Assembly: GCA_963731625.1 (NCBI GenBank)
Contig: CAVSWH010000023.1
Location: 17,430-81,429 of the forward strand
Direction of reading: 5' to 3'
Length of the DNA stretch: 64,000 nucleotides
Origin: an uncultured Actinomycetes bacterium
Lineage (GTDB): Bacteria; Actinomycetota; Acidimicrobiia; IMCC26256; PALSA-555
The translations under genes and the position numbers were made by a program. Below are positions 49,514 to 58,766 of this stretch, one piece after another. A model generated the notes under the pieces. It worked only from the letters and a program-made list of their open reading frames with translations. It did not search any database and was not told where the DNA came from. Each line of letters starts with the position of its first letter. The stretch's first letter is position 1.

Positions 49514-49915
49514 GTGGCCAAGGTGACTCCCCGAAGCGTCGTCGCGGCTTTGGGCATCTGCCGGGTGGGCATCGGGCTCGCGTTCTTGCTGGCGCCCCGT
49601 CGGTTGAACGCAGATGCGGGCGAGGCCAGCGGATCGACGCTGATGGTCCGCAGCTTCGCGGTGCGCGAGGCGGCCCTCGGGATCGGCGGCTTGGTGGTCG
49701 CGATGCAGGCCGACGATCGGCCCACGGATGTTCAGCTCTGGGCCGGGCTGGGTGCGCTGGTCGACACCGGTGACCTGGGTACGGCCGTCGCGAGCAAGCA
49801 GGCGATCGCGTCGCTCATGGCCACGGTCGGCCTCGCGGCGGAGTCGTGGGCGTGGTGGGCTGAGCGCCAGTGGTCGCGCGCCGCGGATGGCGCGATACCA
49901 GCCACCAGTTCGTAA
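49514..49915 (+). CDS. Small membrane protein (DUF4267-like)
   Basis: R..IG...LAP, R.FAVRE.ALG and VD.GD pattern. Confidence 0.65.
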   Translation: MAKVTPRSVVAALGICRVGIGLAFLLAPRRLNADAGEASGSTLMVRSFAVREAALGIGGLVVAMQADDRPTDVQLWAGLGALVDTGDLGTAVASKQAIASLMATVGLAAESWAWWAERQWSRAADGAIPATSS

Positions 49916-49925
49916 GGGTGCGGCG

Positions 49926-50891
49926 CTACCGCGCCAGGCGGAAGAGGCTGTCGTTTCCCAGCCGCTCGACGAACGACGGCTCGTAGGCCGCTGTCGGCTC
50001 CCGGCGGACTGCATCGTCGAGCACCTCGGCGTCCCGGCCGACGAGGATTCGCCACTCGTCGTTGCGAACGCCGGTGAGAATGATGGTGGCTGCCTCGGCC
50101 GCCGACAGTGGCGCAGCGTCGCGGAACAGCTCGGCCTGCGCGACCAAGCCTTGGCGGAGGTCCTCGTCCGACGCGCCGGCGGTGGGGATCCCGTGGCGCT
50201 CGATCCGCGCTCGGGCCTCCGCCACTTGCTCGTCGGTGAGCTCCTTCAGATCGCGCCCGAGGTACCGGCCCGAGTTGAACACGATCGACGTGCCCACGTG
50301 GCCGGGCATCACGACCGAGGCGCGCAGATGCGGTGCGTTCAGCCGGAAGTCGGTGATGAGCGCCTCGGTCAGGCCCTTCACCGCGAACTTCGCGGCGCTG
50401 TACGCCGTGTGCGGGAGGTTGGGGCCGAGCGAGGCCCAGAAGCCGTTCACGCTGCTCGTGTTCACGACGTGCCCTTCGGTGCTCGCGAGGAGCATCGGGA
50501 GGAACACCCGCAGGCACGTGTACACGCCGCCCCAGCAGACGGCGAACGTCTGGTCCCACTCGTCGCGGCCATCGAGGATGAAGCTGCCGCCCCCACCGAT
50601 GCCCGCGTTGTTGAACAGCAGGTTGATGTGGTCGGTCTCGTGCGCCGACGCGACCGCGTCACGGAAGCGCGAGATCTGGGCCTCGTCGGCGACGTCGGCC
50701 ACGAACGTCGTGACCACCGTGCCTGCCGGTGCCCCCGCGGTCGCGAGCGTCTTCGTCTGCTCGAGGTCGTCCTCGGCGACGTCGCACGTCGCCACGTGAC
50801 AGCCCTCGCCGGCCAGCTGCCGAACAAGCTCGCGGCCCATACCCGACCCGCCGCCCGTGACGACAGCGATCCTGCCTGCGAAGTCGCGCAC
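49926..50891 (-). CDS. SDR oxidoreductase
   Basis: TGGGSGMG, NNAGI and YSAAK motifs. Confidence 0.92.
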   Translation of the reverse strand: MRDFAGRIAVVTGGGSGMGRELVRQLAGEGCHVATCDVAEDDLEQTKTLATAGAPAGTVVTTFVADVADEAQISRFRDAVASAHETDHINLLFNNAGIGGGGSFILDGRDEWDQTFAVCWGGVYTCLRVFLPMLLASTEGHVVNTSSVNGFWASLGPNLPHTAYSAAKFAVKGLTEALITDFRLNAPHLRASVVMPGHVGTSIVFNSGRYLGRDLKELTDEQVAEARARIERHGIPTAGASDEDLRQGLVAQAELFRDAAPLSAAEAATIILTGVRNDEWRILVGRDAEVLDDAVRREPTAAYEPSFVERLGNDSLFRLAR

Positions 50892-51127
50892 GACGACCAC
50901 CTCCGAGGCCAGAGGTTGGCGCGCACACCAAGGTCCCGCAAGGCTGACCTGCGCCGCCAGAGCGTTTCGCCGATCGGCCGGGTCGGGATGGCAACGTTGT
51001 TCAGAGACCACCCGTCGGGAACCGTTCGCGTTTCGGCGACTGTGTCGGCGAATCTCGCCGAGCTCGACGCCGCCGCGAACACCCCCGTCGCGTTCCGGGC
51101 GCTTGGCATCTGAGGCTGGGCAGGCCC

Positions 51128-51154
51128 GACTCGCGGTCTCCGACACCGCGAGTC
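51128..51154. repeat. 27-bp palindrome
   Basis: gactcgcg-gtctccgacac-cgcgagtc. Confidence 0.95.
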
Positions 51155-51272
51155 GCTCACTCACCGCCGGAACGGGCACGACGAATTTGGCGATGCGGCG
51201 TCGGGCCCCGCGACGAGGGCGCCGCGTGCTGTCTCGCCCGGCGTCAGGCCTCTCAGACCGGGCTGGAACCCA

Positions 51273-52271
51273 TCAGCCCGTGAACGCCGCCGTGGCCTCG
51301 ACGCAGCCTGAGCTGGCCGGATCGGCGGTGATGGTGACGCTGCCGTTGCCGGTGTTGACGCCGGTCTGGAACACGGTGCCCGGCGGACCGAAGCCCGATC
51401 CGCCGCCTCCGGGATCCCCGAAGGCCGCGATCTCGACGAAGAGGGACCCACCGCCGCCGCCACCGAAGTAGCCGCCACCGCCGCCGCTTCCGCCGAAGAG
51501 ACCTGGACCGCCGGCCCCGCCCTGGCCGAAGGCACCCGCGTCGCCATTCGTTCCGTCGACGCCGCCCGCACCTCCCGCGATCTGCGTTCCGCCGCCTCCG
51601 GCGCTCAAGTCGGTCGGGTCTTGCGGGTTGCCCTTCACGCCGGTCGGACCGCCTCCCGCCCCGCCATCGAGAGGAACAGCCTCCTCCGTGAATATGGCGC
51701 CCACGCCGGCGCCGCCTCCGCCGCCGCCGACCAGCACCCGATGGGCCAGGTCGCTTCCGCCCTGTCGGATGTCAGACGAACCGCCCCCGCCCGCGCCCGG
51801 GGCCTCCGCCATCGCGCTGCCCGCCCCGCCGTCGGGTGTGCCCGCCGCGCCCGTGTCGCCGTAGGCATCGCCTGGGCTGCCGACGCTCACGACGAGTGTC
51901 TCGCCGGGCGTGACCGGAAGCGTCGCGGCGGCGCTCCCGCCCGCGCCGCCGACGCCGGTGCCACCGGATTGCGCGGCGTGGACGCCCGCGCCCGTCGGAG
52001 CGCTCGGGGTCTGCGCGGCCCGACCCTGGCCCTGGATCTCGGCGCGGAACTTGGCGCCGGCGGTTGTAAAGAAGTCAGTGGAGGCGCCGCCGCTCGCTCC
52101 CACGGCGGCCGCGGAGACCTGGCAGATGCCAGCTGGCACCTGGTAGCTGAAGGTGCCCGGCGTGGAGAAGGTGGTGGTGACCGCGGTGGCGCTGGCTGCC
52201 GGCGCCGCAGTCGCGGCGGCCACTGCGCTCACACCGATGCCGATCGCGATGCCCAACGCCGATTTCCGCAC
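51273..52271 (-). CDS. Secreted glycine-rich protein ending in AAFTG
   Basis: Signal peptide ending PAASA; VPAGIC...GA.GG, GGGGGYFGGGGG and GNGSVTI motifs. Confidence 0.85.
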   Translation of the reverse strand: MRKSALGIAIGIGVSAVAAATAAPAASATAVTTTFSTPGTFSYQVPAGICQVSAAAVGASGGASTDFFTTAGAKFRAEIQGQGRAAQTPSAPTGAGVHAAQSGGTGVGGAGGSAAATLPVTPGETLVVSVGSPGDAYGDTGAAGTPDGGAGSAMAEAPGAGGGGSSDIRQGGSDLAHRVLVGGGGGGAGVGAIFTEEAVPLDGGAGGGPTGVKGNPQDPTDLSAGGGGTQIAGGAGGVDGTNGDAGAFGQGGAGGPGLFGGSGGGGGYFGGGGGGSLFVEIAAFGDPGGGGSGFGPPGTVFQTGVNTGNGSVTITADPASSGCVEATAAFTG

Positions 52272-52455
52272 CGTACGCCTCCGCCGCTCTGGTCGGTGAC
52301 CAGATGGCGACACGATAATGGCCGCGCCGACGGCAGGTCGGCTTCACTGGAGCCCGCTCGGGGGTACAAACGTTCCGATTGGGATCCCGGCGAGGGGACT
52401 CCCAGTCGCCGAGACCTCGGGTCCGGCCGGCGTACCCGGCGGCGCGCGGTTCCCG

Positions 52456-52743
52456 CTAGCTGGTCGGCGCGCCTCGACGGTCGAGGGCTGCCTTCTTCAT
52501 GGTGTCGGCGTTGTCGGAGGCGGCCTGTTTGACCTCGTTGGCGCTGGCCCGTGCGGTCTCCGCCACCTTCTCGGCGGCATCGTTCGCCATGGCGCGGACG
52601 TCGTGGGCCGCGATCCACGTGCGATCGACGACCCAGTTGCCGGTCTCCTTGAGCTCGTCGGACCGTCCGGCGAACTTGTCGTAGAGCGCCTTGATGCCAA
52701 ATGCCGCGAATGCCAGGACAAGAACACGGAGGATGAAGCGCAC
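52456..52743 (-). CDS. Small protein with N-terminal TM helix and LEA/YtxH-like helical tail
   Basis: AAGGAGG RBS; hydrophobic N-terminus followed by an Ala/Lys/Glu-rich helix. Confidence 0.6.
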   Translation of the reverse strand: MRFILRVLVLAFAAFGIKALYDKFAGRSDELKETGNWVVDRTWIAAHDVRAMANDAAEKVAETARASANEVKQAASDNADTMKKAALDRRGAPTS

Positions 52744-52843
52744 CGGAGTCCCTCCTTTGTCGTTGCGGGACGTGTACCCCACAGGGCGGCTCGCCTAATC
52801 GCATCGCTGGGGGTGGCGCGACGGGCTGGCCGCCGCCCGGCGC

Positions 52844-52870
52844 GACTCGCGATCCGAGAGATCGCGAGTC
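52844..52870. repeat. 27-bp palindrome
   Basis: gactcgcg-atccgagagat-cgcgagtc. Confidence 0.95.
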
Positions 52871-52931
52871 GCGCGCACACACCCGCGTCGGATGGTTTCG
52901 GGAGCCGCCGTCGCGGGGACCGTGACGGTGT

Positions 52932-54062
52932 TCAGCCGGTGAAAGCCGCCGTGACGTTCGTGGCCGCAGACGCTGGGCACGCGTCGGTCGTCGGGTCGTA
53001 GCTGACGGTCACGGAGCCGTTGCCGATGACCGGGCCCGGCTGGAAGGAGACGCCGGTGCCGCTCGCCGCCGCGAAGGAGGACCCGCCCCCGCCACCGCCG
53101 CCCGAAATCCCGGCGGCACCACCACCGCCCGCGCCGTAGCCTGCGCCACCGCCACCGCCGTTCGACTCACCGCCCCCACCGCCGCCGCCGAACCCAGTGC
53201 CTCCGCCGCCACCGGCGGCGCTCCCTGAGCTGCCGCCCGTGCCGCCGTTGCCGCCCGTCGCGTTCCCCGCGCCGCCGTGCGCTGCTGCGCCGGTACCGCC
53301 GAGCCCGGTCCCCATGCCGCCGTTCCCGCCGACGCCGCCGTCACCGGCGCTGATCCCAGCGCCGCCACCGCCGCCACCGATTCCGTTCGCGCCGTTCCCG
53401 CCCGCGCCGGACGACGGGCCCGTGCCGCCTCCGCTGTTCACACCGCCGCCGCCACCGCCGTCCGTGGCACCGGTCGCCCCCGCACCTCCGTTGCCCGTCG
53501 CCGAGCCGCCGCCGGCTTGGATCCCGCTGGTCCCGGCGCCACCTGCGCTTCCATTGCCTCCAGGCGCGGTGGCTGCCGACCCGCCTTGGCCGGGTGCGGC
53601 ACCCTCGCCGCCCCCGCCGCCACCACCGGCGACCGCGAGCGGCGCGAGTCCTGCCGTCGCCACGACCGACGCGCCACCGCCCCCGCCGCCCGTCTGGATG
53701 CCGTTGGTACCGCCGCCGCCCCCGCCACCGGCGCCGCCGTTCGGTGGCAGCCCGCCGGTTGAACCCCCGCCACCGACGACGACGAGGAGGGTGGTCGAGG
53801 GAGAGACGGCGAAGTGACCGGACACCATCGCGCCGGCGCCGCCGTTGGCCGACCCGCCGCCGGCGCCCCCGCCGCCGGCCGCACCGTCCGCGGTGACGGT
53901 GACGAAGCAGATTCCCGCGGGGACGGCATAGGTCGTGGCGCCGGGCGTCGTGAACATGGTCGGGACCGCCGCGGCGCCCGCCGGTCCCGATGCGACCGCC
54001 AGCCCGAGCGAACTTCCGGCAACGAGCACGCCCGTGAGCACACCGATCCGTCCGCGCTGCAT
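52932..54062 (-). CDS. Secreted glycine-rich protein ending in AAFTG (paralog of 51273-52271)
   Basis: Signal peptide ending PAGA; YAVPAGIC, long Gly-rich core, GNGSVTV..DP...C...AAFTG-stop. Confidence 0.85.
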   Translation of the reverse strand: MQRGRIGVLTGVLVAGSSLGLAVASGPAGAAAVPTMFTTPGATTYAVPAGICFVTVTADGAAGGGGAGGGSANGGAGAMVSGHFAVSPSTTLLVVVGGGGSTGGLPPNGGAGGGGGGGTNGIQTGGGGGGASVVATAGLAPLAVAGGGGGGGEGAAPGQGGSAATAPGGNGSAGGAGTSGIQAGGGSATGNGGAGATGATDGGGGGGVNSGGGTGPSSGAGGNGANGIGGGGGGAGISAGDGGVGGNGGMGTGLGGTGAAAHGGAGNATGGNGGTGGSSGSAAGGGGGTGFGGGGGGGESNGGGGGAGYGAGGGGAAGISGGGGGGGSSFAAASGTGVSFQPGPVIGNGSVTVSYDPTTDACPASAATNVTAAFTG

Positions 54063-54224
54063 GGGCCACCCCGCCGGACCGGTGGTCCGGGTGCATCGAG
54101 TGTCTAGGTCGGCCGGGACGCTAGCGCGCGCCCAGTTCCCGCCGGTGCTGACGGGCCGGGGAGGCGCACCGCAGCGCGAGCTCGGGTGGAGCCTTGCCGG
54201 TCGACGACGGAGTGGCTCGATCGC

Positions 54225-55640
54225 CTAGCTCGGGGGTGGCTCGAAGATCTCGCCCGGCAGCTCGACGCCGAGCTCCGTGAACCGCTCGCTGAACCGGGGC
54301 CGGACGCCAGTGGACACGATCTCGCCAGCCGCCGATCGGCTACCGCCGGGACGCGTCGGGTCGAAGCGGAACAGGTCGGAGGTGACGATCGTGTCGCTTT
54401 CCATACCTTCGACCTCGCAGACGCGCTCGACGCGACGGGACCCGTCCCGGAAGCGGGAGATCTGGATGACGAGGTCGATCGCGGCCGCCACGTGTCCTCG
54501 GATCGCCCGGATGGGGAGATCGAAGCCGCTCATCAACACCATCGTCTCGAGGCGTGACAAGGCGTCCCGGGGCGAGTTCGCGTGCAGCGTCGACAGCGAG
54601 CCGTCGTGGCCCGTGTTCATGGCTTGGAGCATGTCGATGGCCTCGGCGCCACGGACCTCGCCGACGATGATGCGGTCCGGGCGCATCCGGAGCGCGTTGC
54701 GCAGCAGGTCACGGGTCGTGATCTCACCGCGGCCCTCGACGTTCGCCGGGCGGCACTCGAGCCGGATGACATGCCGCTGCTGCAGCTGCAGCTCGGCGGC
54801 GTCCTCGATCGTCACGATTCGCTCGTCGCCGGCGAGCATCATCGACAGCACGTTCAGGAGTGTCGTCTTGCCAGTCCCGGTCCCGCCGCTGACGAGGATG
54901 TTGAGGCGGGCCCGGATGCAGGCGTCGAAGAAGGCGGCGAGCGCGGGGGTGACCGTCCCGAGCTGGATGAGGTCGGCCATCGTGTAGCGCTGCTTGGCGA
55001 ACTTCCGGATCGTGAGCACGGGTCCGTCGATGGCGAGCGGCGGGACGATCGCGTTGACGCGGGATCCGTCGGCGAGTCGGGCGTCGACCATCGGCGACGC
55101 GTCATCGACCCGGCGCCCGACCTGGCTCACGATGCGGTCGATGACGGCCCGGAGGTGCTCCTCGGAGTCGAACTGTGAGGTGGTCTCGAAGAGTCGGCCG
55201 CCGCGCTCGACGTAGATGGCGTCGTGCGTGTTGACCATGATCTCGCTGACGCCAGGATCGGCGAGGAACGGGTCGAGCGGGCCGTACCCCATGACGTCGG
55301 CGGTCACCGCAGCGATGAACGCTTCGCGCTCGCTCGGCCCGAGAGAGATCTGCTCCGCGACGGCCCGCTCGATCTCCGGGACGACCCAGTCGCGCAGGTC
55401 GTCGATCGACGCCGTGCGCTCCGCCAGACGCGGGCCGAGCCGTTCGAGAACGACGCGGTGCACCTGCTGACGGAGCTCGAGAGAGGGATCGGCGGCCGCG
55501 TCGAGCGCGGAATCGGCCGATTCGACACTGCCGATGGTGCCGATCGACGAGTCGCCAGGGGAGCCGGGCGCGGTCGGCGGTGGTGCCGTCGGCGCCGGCC
55601 GGGTGTGTCCGTTCGGCGCGAGCCGTTCGCGGAGACTCAC
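54225..55640 (-). CDS. cpaF: CpaF/TadA pilus assembly ATPase
   Basis: SPMVDARL.DGSRVN, GGTGTGKTT, LRMRPDRIIVGEVRG and MNTGHDGS motifs; GTGA overlap with cpaE. Confidence 0.92.
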   Translation of the reverse strand: MSLRERLAPNGHTRPAPTAPPPTAPGSPGDSSIGTIGSVESADSALDAAADPSLELRQQVHRVVLERLGPRLAERTASIDDLRDWVVPEIERAVAEQISLGPSEREAFIAAVTADVMGYGPLDPFLADPGVSEIMVNTHDAIYVERGGRLFETTSQFDSEEHLRAVIDRIVSQVGRRVDDASPMVDARLADGSRVNAIVPPLAIDGPVLTIRKFAKQRYTMADLIQLGTVTPALAAFFDACIRARLNILVSGGTGTGKTTLLNVLSMMLAGDERIVTIEDAAELQLQQRHVIRLECRPANVEGRGEITTRDLLRNALRMRPDRIIVGEVRGAEAIDMLQAMNTGHDGSLSTLHANSPRDALSRLETMVLMSGFDLPIRAIRGHVAAAIDLVIQISRFRDGSRRVERVCEVEGMESDTIVTSDLFRFDPTRPGGSRSAAGEIVSTGVRPRFSERFTELGVELPGEIFEPPPS

Positions 55641-56656
55641 GAGCCGGCCCGGCGGCGGGAGAACGGGGCGCGGCGTGCCACCCGGCGCGCCTTCGCTGCG
55701 CTCTCTTTCGGCACGAGGTCGCGCACCAACCGGGCCATGGCCCGCGACACCGGGGAGCCGGCGTCGGCTTCGAGGATCGGCGTCCCCTGGTTCAGTGCGA
55801 GGGGGACCGTGCCGGAGCTCGGGATCTCCACCTCGATCTCGAGGCCGAGGACCGACTCGATGGCGTTGCGGTGGAGACCGGTGCGGGCATCGGCGCGGTT
55901 GAGGACCAGGTGCGTGCGCTGGTGGGGCTGGCTGATGACCCGAAGGACCTCCAGCTCCTTTCGGGTGTTCCGAACGGCTGGCACGTCGGTCGCGCTGACG
56001 ACCACGAGGTCCGTGGACAGGTCGATCGCGTTCAGGGTGTGCTCGTCGAGCCCGGCGGGGGTGTCGATCACGACGTACTGAAACGACTGCGCGAGGACGG
56101 CGAGCACGGCCTTCGTGTGCTCGGGGGTGAGCTCCTCGGCGTCGACCGGCGCGTTCGGCGCGCAGAGCGCGAAGAGGTTCGCCGGATGCGGGGTCAGGCA
56201 GGCTTGTACGGACGGGCCGTCGGGTGGGCGGGCGCGGGTGTTCGTGAACGTGTACCGCGGCGCGAGCTTCAGGGCCGTCGCGAGGTCGCCGAACTGGAGG
56301 TCGAGGTCCACGATGGCGACGGAGCCGGGTGCGATGCGAGCCAGCCCGATCGCGACGTTCGTGGCTACCGTCGTGCGGCCGACGCCGCCCTTCGGGCACA
56401 GGACCGTGATGACGCGCCCGCCGGAGCTGTCGGGTGCGCTCGGGACGTGGTCGACGGTCGTCGCGCCGGCGTCCGTGTCGGGCGCCTGACCGTCGTGGTC
56501 GACCACCGCGTCGGCGATCGGGACCTCGATGGCGAGGAGCTCGGTCGGCCCCTCCAGGGGTGCGGTCCGCCACGAGATCGCATCGGTCTCGTGGACGGGC
56601 GCGTGCCCGCGAGGTGGTGCGGCGCCGTCGTTGCCCTGGCCGCGCGTGTCCAGCAT
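55637..56656 (-). CDS. cpaE: CpaE/TadZ-like MinD-family ATPase
   Basis: KGGVGRTT, DLDLQFGD, IDTP and LNR motifs; N-terminal receiver domain not evident. Confidence 0.85.
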   Translation of the reverse strand: MLDTRGQGNDGAAPPRGHAPVHETDAISWRTAPLEGPTELLAIEVPIADAVVDHDGQAPDTDAGATTVDHVPSAPDSSGGRVITVLCPKGGVGRTTVATNVAIGLARIAPGSVAIVDLDLQFGDLATALKLAPRYTFTNTRARPPDGPSVQACLTPHPANLFALCAPNAPVDAEELTPEHTKAVLAVLAQSFQYVVIDTPAGLDEHTLNAIDLSTDLVVVSATDVPAVRNTRKELEVLRVISQPHQRTHLVLNRADARTGLHRNAIESVLGLEIEVEIPSSGTVPLALNQGTPILEADAGSPVSRAMARLVRDLVPKESAAKARRVARRAPFSRRRAGS

Positions 56657-56862
56657 GTCCGAATCACCAGTTCGAGGCGTCCGCGACCCCAGTTCGGGTC
56701 CCCTGGGGCTATCGGCACGCGAGCCCAGCCGGCTGAGGCGTTTGTCCCGCGCGCCACGACCGGTGCGGAGGCGTGGACCGACGACGCCGACCCGGCCAGC
56801 TGGGCGCGGTGGTCCAGACGACTACGGTCGGCATCCCGGAGCTGGTGTGGGGAGTGGCGAGC

Positions 56863-57318
56863 ATGTTCAAGACGATCGTCGTGGGAACGGATGGATCGGA
56901 CACCGCCGCGAAGGCAGTGCAGGTCGCGGCCGAGCTTGCGGGAGCGTCCACGGACGGCGCGCTGCACATCGTGAGCGTCGGGAAGACCGTCCCGCACGCG
57001 GCGGTCGCGATGGGGGAGACCGCGACTGCCGGCGCCGGCATCGCGCGCGCGCAGATAGAGGAGGACAGCACGAAGGACCTGCAAGAGCTCCTCAGCCGAG
57101 CCGCCGCGTCGGTCGAGGGGGTGGCGCCGACCGTCGAGACGTACCCACGGCTCGGCAACCCGGCCGAGGTGCTCTGCCAGCTCGGCGAGCAGATCCGCGC
57201 CGACCTCATCGTGGTCGGGAATCAGGGGATGCAGGGTGGCCGGCGGTTCCTCGGCAGCGTGCCGAACTCCGTGTCGCACCACGCACCGTGCAGCGTCCTC
57301 ATCGTCAGCACGGCCTAG
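56863..57318 (+). CDS. Universal stress protein
   Basis: IVVGTDGS, G.PA..L, DLIVVG..G and LGSV...V.H.APCSVL motifs. Confidence 0.93.
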   Translation: MFKTIVVGTDGSDTAAKAVQVAAELAGASTDGALHIVSVGKTVPHAAVAMGETATAGAGIARAQIEEDSTKDLQELLSRAAASVEGVAPTVETYPRLGNPAEVLCQLGEQIRADLIVVGNQGMQGGRRFLGSVPNSVSHHAPCSVLIVSTA

Positions 57319-57499
57319 CGGCCCTCGTCCCTCTTGCTCTCTCGCCGCGGGGGTCGCGGGCAGAGGGTGGGTGGCACCGCCGGGTCGGTGCTGATCGCCG
57401 CGCCCCACGCTGAACGGGAGCGTCGAGGGGACCTCGGCCGCAGCGTGTGGTCGTTGAGTCCACCCGAGTGAGTCGAACGGCGATCGTGCGCCGCTCGAC

Positions 57500-58582
57500 T
57501 CAGGCGACCTGTCCCGAGCGACGTTGCGCGTCCGTCATGCCCGCCTGGTCGAAGACGCTCGGTGAGCCCTTCGCGATCGCTTCGTCGGACTTCGGTGGGA
57601 TGCCGAGCATCTCGCGGACCTCACCGACCGGTCGTGCCGCGAGCGGGTGATAGTCGACCTCGAGGAGGTCGTGGCCGTAGCTCTCGGCGATTACCTTGCC
57701 CCGACGGATGGCGTCGGCCAGCCGGACGTCCATGCCGTCGATCTGCAGGTGGTGCGTGTCGGTGTCGGCGTTGAACGGCCCTTGCGACTCGACGTAGCCC
57801 GTCTCGAAGAGGCCGATCATGGTGGCGAGCCACGCGAAGCCCTTGGGGTCCGGATCCGCTCGCCCCACCGTCGCGAACACCTCGAGCTCGCATTCCATGC
57901 GGGTGCCGTAGTCGGCGAGGACGTGGACGAAGTCGTGCTGCGCGAGGTACGGCGATGCGGCGCCGGGGCTGCCCGGGAGCTGGAATCCCCGCGCCCGGTA
58001 CATCGTCGACACCGATCGTCCGAGGGTCCCCTCCTCGAGCGCGGCGAAGCCCTCCCATCGTGCCTCGAGCTCGGGGTCGACGAGGTCGGCGAAGGGGTCG
58101 GCGAGCGGCGCTTGGATGTGGAGGGGGACGGAGCGGGCGGCGTCCCAGCGATCCTCGAAGCCGCTGCGCCGCAGGTCGAAGGCCGCGAGGTCCAGGGTGC
58201 CACCGGCGTAGCGGTGGGCGAGCGCGACGAAGTCGTCGCTGACGCCGAGCGCCGCGGCGTACCGCGCGACGCGCTCGGCGACGTCGGTGGGGAGCGGCCG
58301 AAGGACGATCTCGGCGAGCACCATGTGATGGACGATCCGGTGCCGATACTCGAGCCCGCGGTCGCGCAAGACCGCCGCGAGCTCGTCCGGCTCGAGGGGA
58401 GCGAGCGTGTGGTAGTCGACCTCGAACCCGGTGACGGCGTGCGTGACGGCGCGCAGGATCGCGGCCTGGGCCCGCGTGATGCCCGACTCGGGCGCGACCG
58501 CCGTCGCCATCCCGCGGGCGACCGCGATGACCTCGTCCCGCGGGGGAGAGGACGAGGCCGCCGCCGCGTGTCCGCTGTCCAT
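57500..58582 (-). CDS. Coq4-like metalloprotein
   Basis: L..GTLGR, QHDFVHVLADYGT...E.EV (HDxxH plus E) motifs. Confidence 0.7.
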   Translation of the reverse strand: MDSGHAAAASSSPPRDEVIAVARGMATAVAPESGITRAQAAILRAVTHAVTGFEVDYHTLAPLEPDELAAVLRDRGLEYRHRIVHHMVLAEIVLRPLPTDVAERVARYAAALGVSDDFVALAHRYAGGTLDLAAFDLRRSGFEDRWDAARSVPLHIQAPLADPFADLVDPELEARWEGFAALEEGTLGRSVSTMYRARGFQLPGSPGAASPYLAQHDFVHVLADYGTRMECELEVFATVGRADPDPKGFAWLATMIGLFETGYVESQGPFNADTDTHHLQIDGMDVRLADAIRRGKVIAESYGHDLLEVDYHPLAARPVGEVREMLGIPPKSDEAIAKGSPSVFDQAGMTDAQRRSGQVA

Positions 58583-58739
58583 GCCCTGCGCCTCCGGATT
58601 CCCGTCGAGAGTGTACGAGCGACGCCACACGACAGTCCCCGCGTGGCGTTCCCGGGTTGACGGCGCTCCCGACAGGCTGCGCCTGCGGGCCCCGCCGTTG
58701 CCGGTGTCCGGCGAGCCGCCGGCCACGGCGCCGGCGCGC

Positions 58740-58766
58740 GACTCGTGGGTTGGTCAACCGCGAGTC
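58740..58766. repeat. Palindrome overlapping the stop codon of the MBL gene
   Basis: gactcgtg-ggttggtcaac-cgcgagtc; the stop TGA (58765-58767) begins the arm on the minus strand. Confidence 0.9.

Noticed and set aside
53197-53817. Poly-proline ORF on the + strand
   Set aside because: It is the antisense image of the Gly-rich gene.
51273-54062. PE_PGRS annotation for the Gly-rich proteins
   Set aside because: No PE domain; they have Sec-type signal peptides and distinct capping segments.
55641-56573. N-terminal extension of the 782-aa ORF
   Set aside because: A shadow frame over cpaE; cpaF starts at GTG 55640.
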